Shown in pieces: positions 16,294 to 26,457 of a stretch of 64,000 bases of DNA (position 1 is its first letter; each line of letters opens with the position of its first letter). The DNA lies in contig JBAZZX010000004.1 in NCBI GenBank assembly GCA_041658585.1, positions 38,286-102,285 of the forward strand. Reading direction: 5' to 3'. The translations under genes and the position numbers were made by a program. This DNA is from Thermodesulfovibrionales bacterium. Its GTDB lineage: Bacteria > Nitrospirota > Thermodesulfovibrionia > Thermodesulfovibrionales > SM23-35. Below the pieces are notes generated by a model. That model was not told the DNA's origin, did no database searches, and saw only the letters and a program-made list of their open reading frames with translations.

Positions 16294-17745
16294 CTATGCC
16301 CTTAGTTTTTCGATCCCCTTTTTTGCTTTTATATTTCCGGGGTCCAGTTGCAGGCTCTTCTCAAATGCCTCACGGGCTTTTTTTATCATTCCTTCTCTGC
16401 CGTAAATCAATCCGAGGTTTGCATAATGGTCGGCGTTTTCAGGTTCCAGTTTTATTGCCTGAAGCAACGCATTCTCGGCATCTGCAGCTCTGTTCGGAAG
16501 CTTTGTAAGGGCGAGAGCGAGATAGCTCCAATATTTTGCATTACCCGGTTCTGAATCAACCGTTGAGCTTAAGAGGTCAACGGCATTATGAAAATTTCCA
16601 TTTTTGAATTCCTCAATCCCCTGTTTGAATATCATGCCGGTATCCGGTTTGGGCGGAAGGGGCTCCTTTTTCTCTGCAAACGGCACAACGGCAGGCTCCG
16701 CTTTTTTCACGGATTCACTCAATATTGCATATGCCTGATTTATAGCGTCAAACACCGCCGTCAGTTTGTCTTTAAGTGAAGGGTCGGCAACGCTGAAATA
16801 TCTGTCGGGATGAAACTCTCTTGTCAGACGGTAATAATGTTTTTTTAATGTGTCCTCATCGGCGTCTTCATCAACATCAAGAAGTTCCCGGGGGCTTTGA
16901 AAATCAATCTTCAGGTACATCTCATCGACTTTTCTGATAAGCGTATCTTCATCCTCCGAGACCGGCTGAAGTATTTCTTCAAGATCAATGTTTTCATGAG
17001 TCTCCACTATTTTTTCAGTTTCCGGCGCTTTTTTTTTCTCTTCGAGCACTCCTATAGAACAGAGGACATAGAGAATTTTCATGGCTTCAAACGATCCCAT
17101 CCAGGCGTTATCTATTATCTCTTTTATGGTTTTTCTGCCGTCAACCAAAGACAGCATTTTCCTATCCTGCTGGTTGAGTTCGACGTCCTGATAAATCGAC
17201 GCCGGGTCGGAACTGAGCTTTAAGACTATATCCGTAGCAGGCATCTCATTCCTGATCCTTGTCCAGTTGTCTACCCTTTTTATGCCTTCATAGATAAGGT
17301 TTCCTATGCTCATCTTCAGGGTTATGACCTCGTTTGAAGGGATGGCTCCTTCTATGAATTCATATCCGGCGGTTTCAAGCAGGAAAAGGCTGTAAATGAT
17401 CTCCTTGACCTGGTATTTTACCCCCCAGAACAAATCCTTTGGCGTGAGGAATCCGAGTTCGACAAGTATGGCACCCTGCCTTTTCCCGGTCTTTTTCAGG
17501 ATTTCCACGGATTTGTCATACTGTTCCATGGTAATCTTGCCGGCTTTCAAAAGCATTTCGCCCAACCGGTCATCTTCGTATGTTGATGAGGCAAACACCG
17601 CATCGCCTTTGACAAGAAATACCTTTTTTGTGAACACGGGTGTTTTTATAACAAGGGTGCCGGATTTTCTGTGCCTGTTGAAATGGATGAGTGTCCTTAG
17701 AAGACCGGTTTCTTCGATACTTCCTGTCAAAGGTATTTCATTCAT
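16294..17745 (-). CDS. DUF4388-like N-terminal domain / J-domain / TPR protein
   Basis: 483 aa. N-terminus [19 protein letters not shown]. Central J-domain with [16 protein letters not shown] (HPD motif). C-terminal TPR repeats ([11 protein letters not shown]..., [11 protein letters not shown]...). Confidence 0.8.
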   Translation of the reverse strand: MNEIPLTGSIEETGLLRTLIHFNRHRKSGTLVIKTPVFTKKVFLVKGDAVFASSTYEDDRLGEMLLKAGKITMEQYDKSVEILKKTGKRQGAILVELGFLTPKDLFWGVKYQVKEIIYSLFLLETAGYEFIEGAIPSNEVITLKMSIGNLIYEGIKRVDNWTRIRNEMPATDIVLKLSSDPASIYQDVELNQQDRKMLSLVDGRKTIKEIIDNAWMGSFEAMKILYVLCSIGVLEEKKKAPETEKIVETHENIDLEEILQPVSEDEDTLIRKVDEMYLKIDFQSPRELLDVDEDADEDTLKKHYYRLTREFHPDRYFSVADPSLKDKLTAVFDAINQAYAILSESVKKAEPAVVPFAEKKEPLPPKPDTGMIFKQGIEEFKNGNFHNAVDLLSSTVDSEPGNAKYWSYLALALTKLPNRAADAENALLQAIKLEPENADHYANLGLIYGREGMIKKAREAFEKSLQLDPGNIKAKKGIEKLRA

Positions 17746-18248
17746 CGGTATCTCTTGACCTCAAATCTGTAAATCTCCGTTTCTTCACCGGGAAGAATGC
17801 CTGCCTTCATTTTTGTTATGCGTATCTGCTCTTCGACGGTGTCAACCCCTTCAAGGTCCGGCAGGAGAAGTCCCCTGCTGAATCCGCTTACGACAATTAT
17901 ACCGTATTTCCTGGGATCAAGCTCACCGGCATGCTTAATTTTCTCGGGGCTGCTTAGTACATCGACCGAATAGGCAAGTTCATCAAGTTCATCTTCGCGG
18001 ACGGGAGGAAAGCGCGGGTCTTTTGTAGCTGCGGATATAGCGTTGCTTATGGTTTCCATTACTACGGAGTCACGGCATGGTGAATAAGTCCCGATACAGC
18101 CTCTAAGTTCCCCGTGTTTTTTGAGAGATACAAAAACGCCGGCCTTTCCGTGAACTTCAGGCGGCAGGTTGTCCGGCGGGTTGATTATCCTGTTTTCCCT
18201 GATGAATGTTTCTATGCTTTTTTTTGCAAGTTCGACAATCGGATGCAT
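17742..18248 (-). CDS. AMMECR1-domain protein
   Basis: 168 aa. LRGCIGT box and overall AMMECR1 layout. 4-nt overlap with the downstream gene. Confidence 0.85.
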   Translation of the reverse strand: MHPIVELAKKSIETFIRENRIINPPDNLPPEVHGKAGVFVSLKKHGELRGCIGTYSPCRDSVVMETISNAISAATKDPRFPPVREDELDELAYSVDVLSSPEKIKHAGELDPRKYGIIVVSGFSRGLLLPDLEGVDTVEEQIRITKMKAGILPGEETEIYRFEVKRYR

Positions 18249-19223
18249 CTATTTTTTTCTCAGCAGTGTATAGTCTGCTATGGTGAAAAGGGCTTCCTTT
18301 GCAGGAGAATCCGGAAAAACGGCCAGTTCATTCTTTGCTTCAGAGATAAGCCGCTTCGCTTTCTTTAAAGAGAGGTCAATCGTGTTATATCGTTTAAACA
18401 ATTTCAGTATCTTCTTCAGGCCGCTTATTTTAAAACTTCCCTTGATGATAGCCTTGATCTCTTTAAGTTCATTTTCCGAAGCGGCTTTCAAAAGGTAAAT
18501 AAGAGGGACCGTTATTTTGCCTTCTTTGAGATCTTTACCGAGACGCTTGCCGAGTTCAGCCTCGTCTGCCATATAATCGAGTATATCATCCGCCATTTGA
18601 AATGCAATGCCTGTTTTCCTGCCGAAATTTGCGAGCGCTCTCTCCCGGTCCTCTGTTACTGAACCAAGGATTGCTCCGATTCTGCAGGCGGCGGAGATTA
18701 AATCGGCAGTCTTCCCCGTGATTATATTAAGGTATTCCTCTTCGGTAATATCCGGGTCCGCTGTTTTTAAAAGCTGGAGTATCTCAGCCTCTGTCATCCT
18801 TGTTGTGGCCTCGGAGAGGGATTCCATGATCTTCTGGCTTTTCTGCAGAACAGCGAGCCTCAGCGCATTGGAATAGAGGTAATCGCCGACGAGTATTACG
18901 ACCTGATTGCCCCATATAGCATGGGCTGGCGTCTTGCCCCTTCTGATGTCGGCGCCGTCAATCACATCGTCATGCAGCAGAGACGCCGTATGGATCGATT
19001 CGACAATAGCCGCAAGCAGATAACGCGCATCATTACGACATCCTGATAATTCGGCGCTCAGCAACAGAATTAACGGTCTGAGCCTTTTTCCTCCGCCGTC
19101 TAAAATATGCTTGCCGATTATTGGTATGTTGAAGACAGGGCTCTTAAAAAGGTCTCTTATTCTGTCTTCAACAATTTTCAGGTCATTTTCATAAGAGGTA
19201 AAGATTTTATCGAGATGCATCAT
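18249..19223 (-). CDS. Long-chain polyprenyl diphosphate synthase (IspB/HepT-like)
   Basis: 324 aa. First DDxxD box LLHDDVIDGADIRRG, second FQMADDILDY. Confidence 0.9.
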   Translation of the reverse strand: MMHLDKIFTSYENDLKIVEDRIRDLFKSPVFNIPIIGKHILDGGGKRLRPLILLLSAELSGCRNDARYLLAAIVESIHTASLLHDDVIDGADIRRGKTPAHAIWGNQVVILVGDYLYSNALRLAVLQKSQKIMESLSEATTRMTEAEILQLLKTADPDITEEEYLNIITGKTADLISAACRIGAILGSVTEDRERALANFGRKTGIAFQMADDILDYMADEAELGKRLGKDLKEGKITVPLIYLLKAASENELKEIKAIIKGSFKISGLKKILKLFKRYNTIDLSLKKAKRLISEAKNELAVFPDSPAKEALFTIADYTLLRKK

Positions 19224-19296
19224 TAATGGTAGGCCGGCTTTCGATTCAAAGTCAAGGGTAACATATTTCTTTTACCCAAAACTACGGATGCCCAAA

Positions 19297-19336
19297 ATGA
19301 AGACTCCCCGCCGCAGAGACGGCGGGGGGTCTTCAT
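19297..19336. repeat. Perfect-stem GC-rich hairpin in a divergent intergenic region
   Basis: ATGAAGACTCCCCGCCG / loop CAGAGA / CGGCGGGGGGTCTTCAT. 17-bp stem with one G-U pair. No strong U-tract on either strand. Confidence 0.5.
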
Positions 19337-19430
19337 TTGAGTAAAACTACTTTGAAAAGCTGCGATCATAACGGTATAATATCGAAACAATTATTGTTTT
19401 CAATCAAAAAGGAAATTGACGGTTTCGTAA

Positions 19431-19724
19431 ATGCAAAAAAAAGAAAATAATCAGATAATGCGGGATTTCCGGTTGCGCCTGAACCGTCAACTCCTCGCTA
19501 TGGCGCTAACCCTGTTTCTTCTCTTGTTTCTTGTTTTGGTCTATAAGCGCACCGATATTTTCGGAGAATTCTCAAAGAACAATATTATTGCATTGCAGAT
19601 CATTCTCATCGGCGTATTTATCGGATTTAGCGCCATTAACTGGAGATGCCCCTCATGCAATAAATATCTTGGCGGCGATATAAACAAACGTATTTGCAAA
19701 AAATGCGGAATTAGATTGCAATAA
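19431..19724 (+). CDS. Small membrane protein with C-terminal zinc ribbon
   Basis: 97 aa. Two hydrophobic helices followed by CPSC...CKKC. Confidence 0.5.
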   Translation: MQKKENNQIMRDFRLRLNRQLLAMALTLFLLLFLVLVYKRTDIFGEFSKNNIIALQIILIGVFIGFSAINWRCPSCNKYLGGDINKRICKKCGIRLQ

Positions 19725-19737
19725 CGGAGGTCATTTT

Positions 19738-20079
19738 ATGGGAAGCAGACAGCGAATAAAACTCAGGAAACCTCAACTGAAAAAATCTGCCGGGGACAAA
19801 ACAGTTGCCGAGATCGTCAGAGAATTAAAGGAAGGCGCCGCCGCTGACTCCAGTTACAGAGAACAATCTCTGAAAATACACGGTCTGATCTGCGCCAAAT
19901 GCGGGAGAGACTTTGATATCAAAGATCGGAATCTTCTTACCGTACACCATAAAGACGGGAATCACCGGAACAATCCGTATGACGGATCTAACTGGGAGAA
20001 TCTCTGTATTTATTGTCATGACGACGAGCATAGCAGAGGGCTTCTTGGAGATTACCTGAAAGGGAAGGCCGGGGGTTAA
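19738..20079 (+). CDS. yajD: YajD-like HNH endonuclease family protein
   Basis: 113 aa. CAKCG...[32 protein letters not shown]. Confidence 0.8.
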   Translation: MGSRQRIKLRKPQLKKSAGDKTVAEIVRELKEGAAADSSYREQSLKIHGLICAKCGRDFDIKDRNLLTVHHKDGNHRNNPYDGSNWENLCIYCHDDEHSRGLLGDYLKGKAGG

Positions 20080-20585
20080 TAATGGACGGATAGCACGACA
20101 AAAGCGGTTGTGCCGTTCGGTCTGTTCACAACAACTTCGTCACCCTCTGTTTTGCGTAGCAATGCCTTTGCCATGGGTGAATCAACGCTGATAAAATTCT
20201 TTTCAGGATCGGTTTCATCAGGACCGACAATGCGATATCGGTAAACGTTCCCATCGGCGTCTTCAAGTTCAACCCATGCGCCAAAAAATACCTTTGAAGT
20301 ATCATCAGGTATCCTGTCCACGACTACTAAATCCTGCAATCTCTTTGCAAGAAAGCGTATACGGGAGTCAATCTGTCGCAACTGCTTCTTGCCATAAATA
20401 TACTCTGCGTTCTCGGAACGGTCTCCCATGGCGGCAGCTTCGGCAACCGCCTGGGTAACCTGCGGGCGTTTGATCTTCCATAGATATGAAAGCTCTTCGC
20501 TTAAATGCTTGTGCCCTTCAGGTGTGATATATGGCGAGATATTTGTTTTATTAAGAGACGGCTTTGGCATATTTCTCCGCTTCAT
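20076..20585 (-). CDS. greB: Transcript cleavage factor GreB
   Basis: 169 aa. [11 protein letters not shown]...[10 protein letters not shown]...[11 protein letters not shown]...[11 protein letters not shown]...[12 protein letters not shown] is collinear with GreA/GreB and closest to the GreB pattern. The start could be the internal MPKPS. Confidence 0.85.
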   Translation of the reverse strand: MKRRNMPKPSLNKTNISPYITPEGHKHLSEELSYLWKIKRPQVTQAVAEAAAMGDRSENAEYIYGKKQLRQIDSRIRFLAKRLQDLVVVDRIPDDTSKVFFGAWVELEDADGNVYRYRIVGPDETDPEKNFISVDSPMAKALLRKTEGDEVVVNRPNGTTAFVVLSVHY

Positions 20586-21528
20586 CTATCAATTGCAGCA
20601 TATCATTACAAACGACTGCGTGGAACGCCCTGCTTTTCAGCTCCTTTACCGCCATCCCCCTCATATACCATGAAAAAAATTTCCGGAAGAGTATGACGCC
20701 GTTCTTCTCACCGTGGAATTCGATAATTAAAGCAAGATGCTCTTTCATTATTCGGGTTATTTCAAAAACATCGGGCCTGCATGGCGCTGTTCCACTCTGC
20801 AGATACCCGACAGTCTCACGGAATATCCAGGGATTGCCGAGCGCTCCCCTTGCTATGGCTACGCCATCGCACCCTGTTTCATTAAACAGTTTTCCGATGA
20901 GGCTTGGCGTCAGCGCATCTCCGCTTGCGATTACGGGTATCCGAAGGGCTTCTTTTACTTTCCGTATTACATTGTAATCAACCGTTCCCCTGTATCCCTG
21001 CATCCTCGTCCTGCCGTGAATAAACAGTCCGCTCACGCCGGCATCCTGCGCACGGAGGGCGATATCTACCGCATTAACGGATGTCTCATCCCAGCCTGAA
21101 CGTATTTTGACTGTGACAGGCAAGACGGTATTTTCGACAATTACCTTCATGATGTTTTGCAGCTTCACGGGTTCCCTGAGCAGACCGGCCCCTTCCATTT
21201 TTGATACAACCTTGTTTACCGGACATGCTGCGTTGAAATCTATTATGTCGAAAGCATTTCCCGATATAATAATATTCAGCGCCATTTTGATTATCTCGGG
21301 ATCGCTTCCGACGATCTGAATGCCCAAAGGTCTCTCGTCCATGGTTGAAGAAAGCATTTTCAATGTATTTTTATTTTTGCGTACCAGGGAGTTGGCGCTT
21401 ATCATCTCGGTGAATGCGAGCCCGCATCCGAAAGACCTGTTGATCAGGCGGAAGGGCAGGTCGCTTATCCCGGACATAGGGGCAAGGACAAGCGGAGAAA
21501 CAACCGTTAGATTTCCGATTGAAAGCAC
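20551..21528 (-). CDS. dus: tRNA-dihydrouridine synthase
   Basis: 325 aa. [32 protein letters not shown] and FIHGRTR boxes. Confidence 0.9.
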   Translation of the reverse strand: MLSIGNLTVVSPLVLAPMSGISDLPFRLINRSFGCGLAFTEMISANSLVRKNKNTLKMLSSTMDERPLGIQIVGSDPEIIKMALNIIISGNAFDIIDFNAACPVNKVVSKMEGAGLLREPVKLQNIMKVIVENTVLPVTVKIRSGWDETSVNAVDIALRAQDAGVSGLFIHGRTRMQGYRGTVDYNVIRKVKEALRIPVIASGDALTPSLIGKLFNETGCDGVAIARGALGNPWIFRETVGYLQSGTAPCRPDVFEITRIMKEHLALIIEFHGEKNGVILFRKFFSWYMRGMAVKELKSRAFHAVVCNDMLQLIDEAEKYAKAVS

Positions 21529-21587
21529 TATGGATTATTATACCTTAGAGGAATACAATAAGAATCCGTGATAAAGATTCCGCGCCC

Positions 21588-21616
21588 TTGACGAAATATA
21601 TATATTATGTTAAAGT
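21588..21616 (+). promoter_or_regulatory. Candidate sigma-70-type promoter of csp
   Basis: TTGACG at 21588-21593, 17-nt spacer, TAAAGT at 21611-21616. Confidence 0.4.
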
Positions 21617-21650
21617 AAATCTGAATTTTAGAAGTTTTTGCGATTGCATA

Positions 21651-21684
21651 GGCTACAAAGACTTTTGACTTTGTGGCCTTTTTT
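21651..21684 (+). promoter_or_regulatory. Leader hairpin plus T6 tract (terminator-like attenuator or thermosensor candidate) in the csp 5-prime UTR
   Basis: GGCTACAAAG / loop ACTTTTGA / CTTTGTGGCC, then TTTTTT. A homologous copy lies at 28253-28286. Confidence 0.55.
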
Positions 21685-21730
21685 CTTGAGGCCTTCTGAG
21701 ATTTAGTTTAAAGATAAGGAGGTAAAAGAA

Positions 21731-21931
21731 ATGGCACAAGGAACAGTGAAGTGGTTTAATGAGAGCAAAGGTTTTGGCTTTATTACGAGTGATGACGGCA
21801 GTGAAGCTTTTGTTCACCACACATCAATCCAGGGAAGCGGATTCAAGACCCTTGCCGAAGGTGACAAAGTCAGCTTTGACACTGAAAAGGGCCCGAAAGG
21901 TCCCAAGGCGATCAATGTTGTTAAACTATAA
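21731..21931 (+). CDS. csp: Cold-shock protein (CspA family)
   Basis: 66 aa. [15 protein letters not shown] (RNP1) and AFVHHTSI (RNP2). AAGGAGG RBS. Confidence 0.95.
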   Translation: MAQGTVKWFNESKGFGFITSDDGSEAFVHHTSIQGSGFKTLAEGDKVSFDTEKGPKGPKAINVVKL

Positions 21932-21940
21932 TTAGTTGTG

Positions 21941-21975
21941 AAAGGCTCCTTCCTAAGGGAGGGAGCCTTTTCATT
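21941..21975 (+). terminator. Intrinsic terminator after csp
   Basis: Stem GGCTCCTTCC / GGAGGGAGCC (10 bp including one G-U pair) with a 4-nt loop, followed by TTTTCATTT. Confidence 0.7.
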
Positions 21976-21985
21976 TGGGAGGGAC

Positions 21986-22357
21986 ATGAATAACAGTATA
22001 AACAGCAGAAAGAATGCGGCAAGGACGGAAAGGCTCCAGAGGAGACTTGACGCAGGCTTTGTGGCTGCGCAATTCCCCGAGGTTGCAAGCATTGTAATAA
22101 GCATGATCTACAATCAGAAGGGAATAAAAGAATCATTGCCGCGCACCGTTAATTTCTTCCCCGGCAGTTATGCTTTTTTCAGAGTAAACTGCCTGAGCAA
22201 GGAATGTGTTGATGGCGGATTCGACCTTACGCAAGTTATCACCGGGATGGTCGGAAAACGCAAAGTGGCCGCAAAGGGAGAACTCAGTTGCGAAGGCAAC
22301 GGCTCTTCCGCCGAACACTCGGCTATTGTCTACGAAGTTTCCATACAATATACGTAA
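21986..22357 (+). CDS. Unknown-family Cys/His protein, paralog of 28380-28757
   Basis: Start at ATG 21986 after GGGAGGGA. Shared boxes with the paralog: FPE/D(V/I).SI, NCLSKECVDGGFDL versus ECLNKNCLDGGFDL, and GELSC.GNGSSAEHS versus GELSCNGSELSPEHS. Confidence 0.65.
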   Translation: MNNSINSRKNAARTERLQRRLDAGFVAAQFPEVASIVISMIYNQKGIKESLPRTVNFFPGSYAFFRVNCLSKECVDGGFDLTQVITGMVGKRKVAAKGELSCEGNGSSAEHSAIVYEVSIQYT

Positions 22358-22583
22358 TACTATTGCCCTGTTATTTTACGATCAATTGATATCCTTCCGT
22401 CCTTTTCCGTTATCGGCTCCCAAAGAGACATGAAAATGGCGTCATTTTATCAGGGAAAAATATTATGAGAACACGGAGAAACCCATAGTATTTATAGTAT
22501 TTCAATTTATTAACTTATCCTCCGAGTCCTTAGTGTTTTAGAATTGCTAAGTCTATGTACAATTATTCAAGAAAGAAGGAAAC

Positions 22584-23936
22584 ATGAGTTTTAATTCGTT
22601 CAATCTTCATCCTCAAATTGCCGCCGGCGTCAAGGCGCTCGGCTATTATACGCCAACCCCCATCCAGATCCGGGCCATCCCGCCGGTCATGCAAGGACAC
22701 GACGTTATGGGCCTTGCACAGACAGGAACAGGCAAAACAGCGGCCTTTGTACTGCCTATTCTGGAGCGCCTGTTAAATGGATCGCGAGGACTTATCCGCG
22801 CCCTCATCATTGCGCCGACACGCGAACTGGCAGAGCAGATAAACACATCTATTGCCGATCTGGGCCGCCGGACGCGACTGCGCAGTCTAACGATCTACGG
22901 CGGCGTAGCGATAAACGCGCAGATATATAAACTCCGCGCCGGTGTAGAGATAGTCGTTGCCTGTCCGGGCCGTCTGCTTGACCATATCGGTCAGGGCACT
23001 ATAAACCTGTCGAATCTGGAGGTGCTTGTGCTTGACGAGGCTGACCGGATGTTTGATATGGGCTTCCTGCCTGATATCCGGAAGATCATCAAACACCTGC
23101 CGGCAAAACGCCAGACCCTGCTTTTTTCGGCAACCATGCCCGATGACATCCGGCGACTGGCCAACGATACCCTTAGCGCGCCTATTACAGTGCAGGTGGA
23201 CCATGCCGCGCCTGCAAGCACTGTTGCGCACGCGCTTTATCCTGTTGAGCAGCACCTCAAAACCGCGCTTTTAATCGAGCTGTTGCGTCATACCGATACG
23301 GAATCGGTGCTGATCTTTACGCGCACCAAGCACCGCGCCAAGCGTGTGGGGCAGCAATTAGAAAAGGCCGGCTACCGGGCGGCGTCGCTGCAGGGCAACC
23401 TGTCGCAGAACAGACGCCAGGAGGCCCTTGACGGCTTCCGTAACGGTTCATATCAGGTGCTTGTTGCAACCGATATTGCGGCACGAGGCATAGATGTATC
23501 GAGCATATCCCATGTCATTAACTATGACATGCCGGATACCGTAGATGCATATACTCACAGGATAGGACGAACGGGCCGGGCCGCAAAGACCGGCGACGCC
23601 TTTACCTTTATTACCCGTGAAGACGAAGATATGGTGCAAAGCATTGAACGCATTCTCGGAGAAAAGGTGGAGCGCCGCATATTGCAGGACTTTGAGTATA
23701 AGAAGCCGAAACCGGCGCGCGATAACGAGTTTGCACGTCCGCCGCGTGAGCCGCAGCGCCGCAGGGAAGGGAAAAAGCCGGAGCCATCCATGGCTTGTAC
23801 CGCCGCCGCTGTCCCTCAAAAAAGGCGTCAGGTACAGCCGGCAATTGCAGCCGTTCATCGAAGCTCCGTTCCCAAACGCTTGTCCAACTCAACAACGCGC
23901 AAGTTCAGGACTCATAAACCCGGTAAAGGTCGCTGA
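22584..23936 (+). CDS. rhlE: DEAD-box ATP-dependent RNA helicase (RhlE-like) with basic C-terminal tail
   Basis: 450 aa. AQTGTGKT, VLDEADRM, FSATMP and HRIGRTGR motifs. R/K/P-rich tail. Confidence 0.9.
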   Translation: MSFNSFNLHPQIAAGVKALGYYTPTPIQIRAIPPVMQGHDVMGLAQTGTGKTAAFVLPILERLLNGSRGLIRALIIAPTRELAEQINTSIADLGRRTRLRSLTIYGGVAINAQIYKLRAGVEIVVACPGRLLDHIGQGTINLSNLEVLVLDEADRMFDMGFLPDIRKIIKHLPAKRQTLLFSATMPDDIRRLANDTLSAPITVQVDHAAPASTVAHALYPVEQHLKTALLIELLRHTDTESVLIFTRTKHRAKRVGQQLEKAGYRAASLQGNLSQNRRQEALDGFRNGSYQVLVATDIAARGIDVSSISHVINYDMPDTVDAYTHRIGRTGRAAKTGDAFTFITREDEDMVQSIERILGEKVERRILQDFEYKKPKPARDNEFARPPREPQRRREGKKPEPSMACTAAAVPQKRRQVQPAIAAVHRSSVPKRLSNSTTRKFRTHKPGKGR

Positions 23937-23950
23937 GAACATCGCTATTT

Positions 23951-24658
23951 TCAACTATGACTTATTTTTCTTTTGAGCCAATTTTCAACGAAAGACGCAA
24001 TTTGTAATTCCACTGAATGCGGTATATCAATAAACCTGACCCCGTATTCTTTGAGGCCGTTTTCTTTTTCATGGATTCTCATAATCTCTCCATCGGCTAC
24101 AATTCGAATCGAGTTTGGAAGAAAAAAAGAGCATGTTAGCTTATCGCCCTTGCTAAAAATAACGTCTGTTTCGAGAAGTAAACCTGATGAACTTATGTTT
24201 TTTGAAGCGCAGAAAACGTGCGCTGCCTTGATGTCGTCCATATTGACTACCTTGACGATAACTCTGTAGCGCGTCCTTTCCGAAACATTAAGAAGCCTTG
24301 AGACTTTCCATAAAAACGCTGCCGGAGATATTGGCTGCGTTATATAATCGCTCGCTCCGCATCTCAGGCATCTTTCAATGTCCGAAAGATTTTCCGAACA
24401 GACAATTAGTATTGAGACCACCTTGAGAACTTCGTCCCCTCGTATAAGCGAACATAGCCGCTCACAGCTTAAATCAGTGTAATCAAGCGTGATTATGATA
24501 AGGTTTGCTCTTTCCTTCCTGTGAATGTCGAGCGCTTCCTGTGCCGATTTAATATAAAATACTTTATTGTCGTGTCCGGCAATCAGGTTTACATGCTGCT
24601 CGATGAACTCCTTCAGAGAATCAGCGATAATTATTTTTTTCATCTTGACGTCCCTCAT
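23951..24658 (-). CDS. Receiver (REC)-like domain fused to PilZ c-di-GMP-binding domain
   Basis: 235 aa. N-terminal CheY-like fold (KIIIADS...LIIITLDYTD). C-terminal PilZ boxes RTRYRV (RxxxR) and NISSSGLLL (D/NxSxxG). Confidence 0.8.
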   Translation of the reverse strand: MRDVKMKKIIIADSLKEFIEQHVNLIAGHDNKVFYIKSAQEALDIHRKERANLIIITLDYTDLSCERLCSLIRGDEVLKVVSILIVCSENLSDIERCLRCGASDYITQPISPAAFLWKVSRLLNVSERTRYRVIVKVVNMDDIKAAHVFCASKNISSSGLLLETDVIFSKGDKLTCSFFLPNSIRIVADGEIMRIHEKENGLKEYGVRFIDIPHSVELQIASFVENWLKRKISHS

Positions 24659-25775
24659 TGAGTTTGTGTTTTTGGTTTTTTATTTTAAACCCTCTTAATT
24701 CAGGAACAACGGCGCCTTTATGCTGGATGAGGACTTTGTGGGTTTCACCGATCGTGCCGGGCAGGATCAGTCTTTTGATCTTTGCTAACTCAAAAAGGTA
24801 GTCCTTTGAATTCCGATAAAGTTCCGCAATTATTTCATCGATCCCGAGGGAAACAAGATATGCGCCCTGCGAACAAAATCCAAGAGTTTTGAAACCGTAC
24901 TCCTCTCCCCATTTTTTTACCGAAGAGAAATTTACGTGTGCGGTAATATCCTGTTCGCCTACATACTGATAAGGGTTTTCACTGAGCTGATGTTTGTGAT
25001 AGCAGAGCAGGGCGCCCCTGTTTCTCTCTTCGCTGTAATATTCCCGGGCGGGGTATCCGTAATCTATCGTCAGAATAAATCCTTCAGACAGGACTTCGCT
25101 TGCTTCACGCAGCCAGTCTTTAATCCCGAGATTGATCTCGGTCCTGAAGCCGGGCGGGAGTTGAAGGAAAAACTCTTCAAGATAGTCGGCTAAAGCCTGA
25201 GTGCCGGGCGGGACTCTTAGTTCCGTAAAACGATCATTTTCAGCAGCCACATAAATTTCTTTCAGTTCGTCTTCCATTTCTATAAGATGGACGGGAAAAG
25301 CGTCAAAAAGTTCATTTGACAGAATACAGCCCTTCAATTCTTTAAGTTCTTTCAGAGACGAAGACCATGCAACCTTGTCGGTATATCTCTCAAGGAGCTT
25401 CTTTTGTTTGCCCTTCATAAAGGGATGAGGTTCAACGATTACATAGTTCAGGGCGGCGTAAATATCTTTATCATTAAGAAATTGAAGGATATCGTGGCAC
25501 ATATATCCCTCGCCTGCGCCAGGTTCAACGGCATAAAAAATGGATGGTCTGCCCATGCTTTCCCACATCTCCTCAAGCTGTTTCCCCAGCATTGCGCCGA
25601 AAACAGGGTGGAGGTGCTGGCTTGTGTAATAATCTCCGGCCTTCCCTATTTCTATTCTGTCGGAAGAGTAATAACCAAGCCCCGGTTCATACAATGCCAT
25701 CTTCATAAAGGTTTCAAAGGTAATCGGGCCTTCGTCTTTAATCTTACCGGCAATCTTACGTTCAAGGGGGTTCAT
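24621..25775 (-). CDS. SAM-dependent methyltransferase, DUF185/MidA (NDUFAF7-like) family
   Basis: Start taken at MNPLERK (25775), 4 nt after the trkA stop. ITFETFM...YY and VEPGAGEG boxes. Confidence 0.75.
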   Translation of the reverse strand: MNPLERKIAGKIKDEGPITFETFMKMALYEPGLGYYSSDRIEIGKAGDYYTSQHLHPVFGAMLGKQLEEMWESMGRPSIFYAVEPGAGEGYMCHDILQFLNDKDIYAALNYVIVEPHPFMKGKQKKLLERYTDKVAWSSSLKELKELKGCILSNELFDAFPVHLIEMEDELKEIYVAAENDRFTELRVPPGTQALADYLEEFFLQLPPGFRTEINLGIKDWLREASEVLSEGFILTIDYGYPAREYYSEERNRGALLCYHKHQLSENPYQYVGEQDITAHVNFSSVKKWGEEYGFKTLGFCSQGAYLVSLGIDEIIAELYRNSKDYLFELAKIKRLILPGTIGETHKVLIQHKGAVVPELRGFKIKNQKHKLNEGRQDEKNNYR

Positions 25776-25779
25776 AACT

Positions 25780-26457
25780 TCATTTGATTCCCATCTTGTC
25801 AAGGTCTTCATTCAAGCCTATGAGTACCAGTATGTCTTCTTTTTCTATGGTGTCTGTCGGCAAGGGGTTTACATTCCATGAATCTTTCATTATGCCTTTT
25901 TCTGTCGTAATCTTTCTTTTTATGGCAATAAGGTTTACGCCGTATCTTGTCCTTAATTGGGTGTCTTTCAGGGTTTTTCCGATAAGGTTATCCGGCGTTG
26001 GAAGTTCGACAATGCTGTACTCCTCTGAGAGTTCGAGCTGTTCAAGCACACTTGGCCGTATGAGGCTGTGTGCGACGCGGATTGCCATGTCGCGTTCGGG
26101 GAAAATAATCCTGTTGACTCCAAGGTTTTGGAGTACCTTGCCGTGAAGCGTTGTTACGGCCTTCGCAATAATGTTTCTTATGCCGAGTTCCTTTAAAAGC
26201 ATAACAACGAGTATGCTCGCTTCAATATTCTCTCCTATACTGACGATGGCGGTATCGACATTCTGGACGCCGACGGAACGCAATGCCTTCTCATCTATAG
26301 CATCAAGCTGGACCGCATATGTTACAAAGTCGGCGGCTTTTTTGACCCTTTCTTCTTCACTGTCAATAGCAATCACTTCGGCGTCATACTTCGCTAATGT
26401 CTTGGCTACCGAAAAACCAAACCGTCCCAGTCCTATTACCGCATAATGCTTCTTCAT
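25780..26457 (-). CDS. trkA: Trk potassium uptake system NAD-binding subunit TrkA
   Basis: 225 aa. GLGRFG Rossmann motif plus RCK C-terminal domain. 4-nt overlap with trkH. Confidence 0.9.
   Translation of the reverse strand: MKKHYAVIGLGRFGFSVAKTLAKYDAEVIAIDSEEERVKKAADFVTYAVQLDAIDEKALRSVGVQNVDTAIVSIGENIEASILVVMLLKELGIRNIIAKAVTTLHGKVLQNLGVNRIIFPERDMAIRVAHSLIRPSVLEQLELSEEYSIVELPTPDNLIGKTLKDTQLRTRYGVNLIAIKRKITTEKGIMKDSWNVNPLPTDTIEKEDILVLIGLNEDLDKMGIK

Noticed and set aside
19297-19344. 15-codon ORF (MKTPRRRDGGGSSFE) inside the GC-rich hairpin
   Set aside because: The coding potential is an artefact of the palindrome. There is no RBS.
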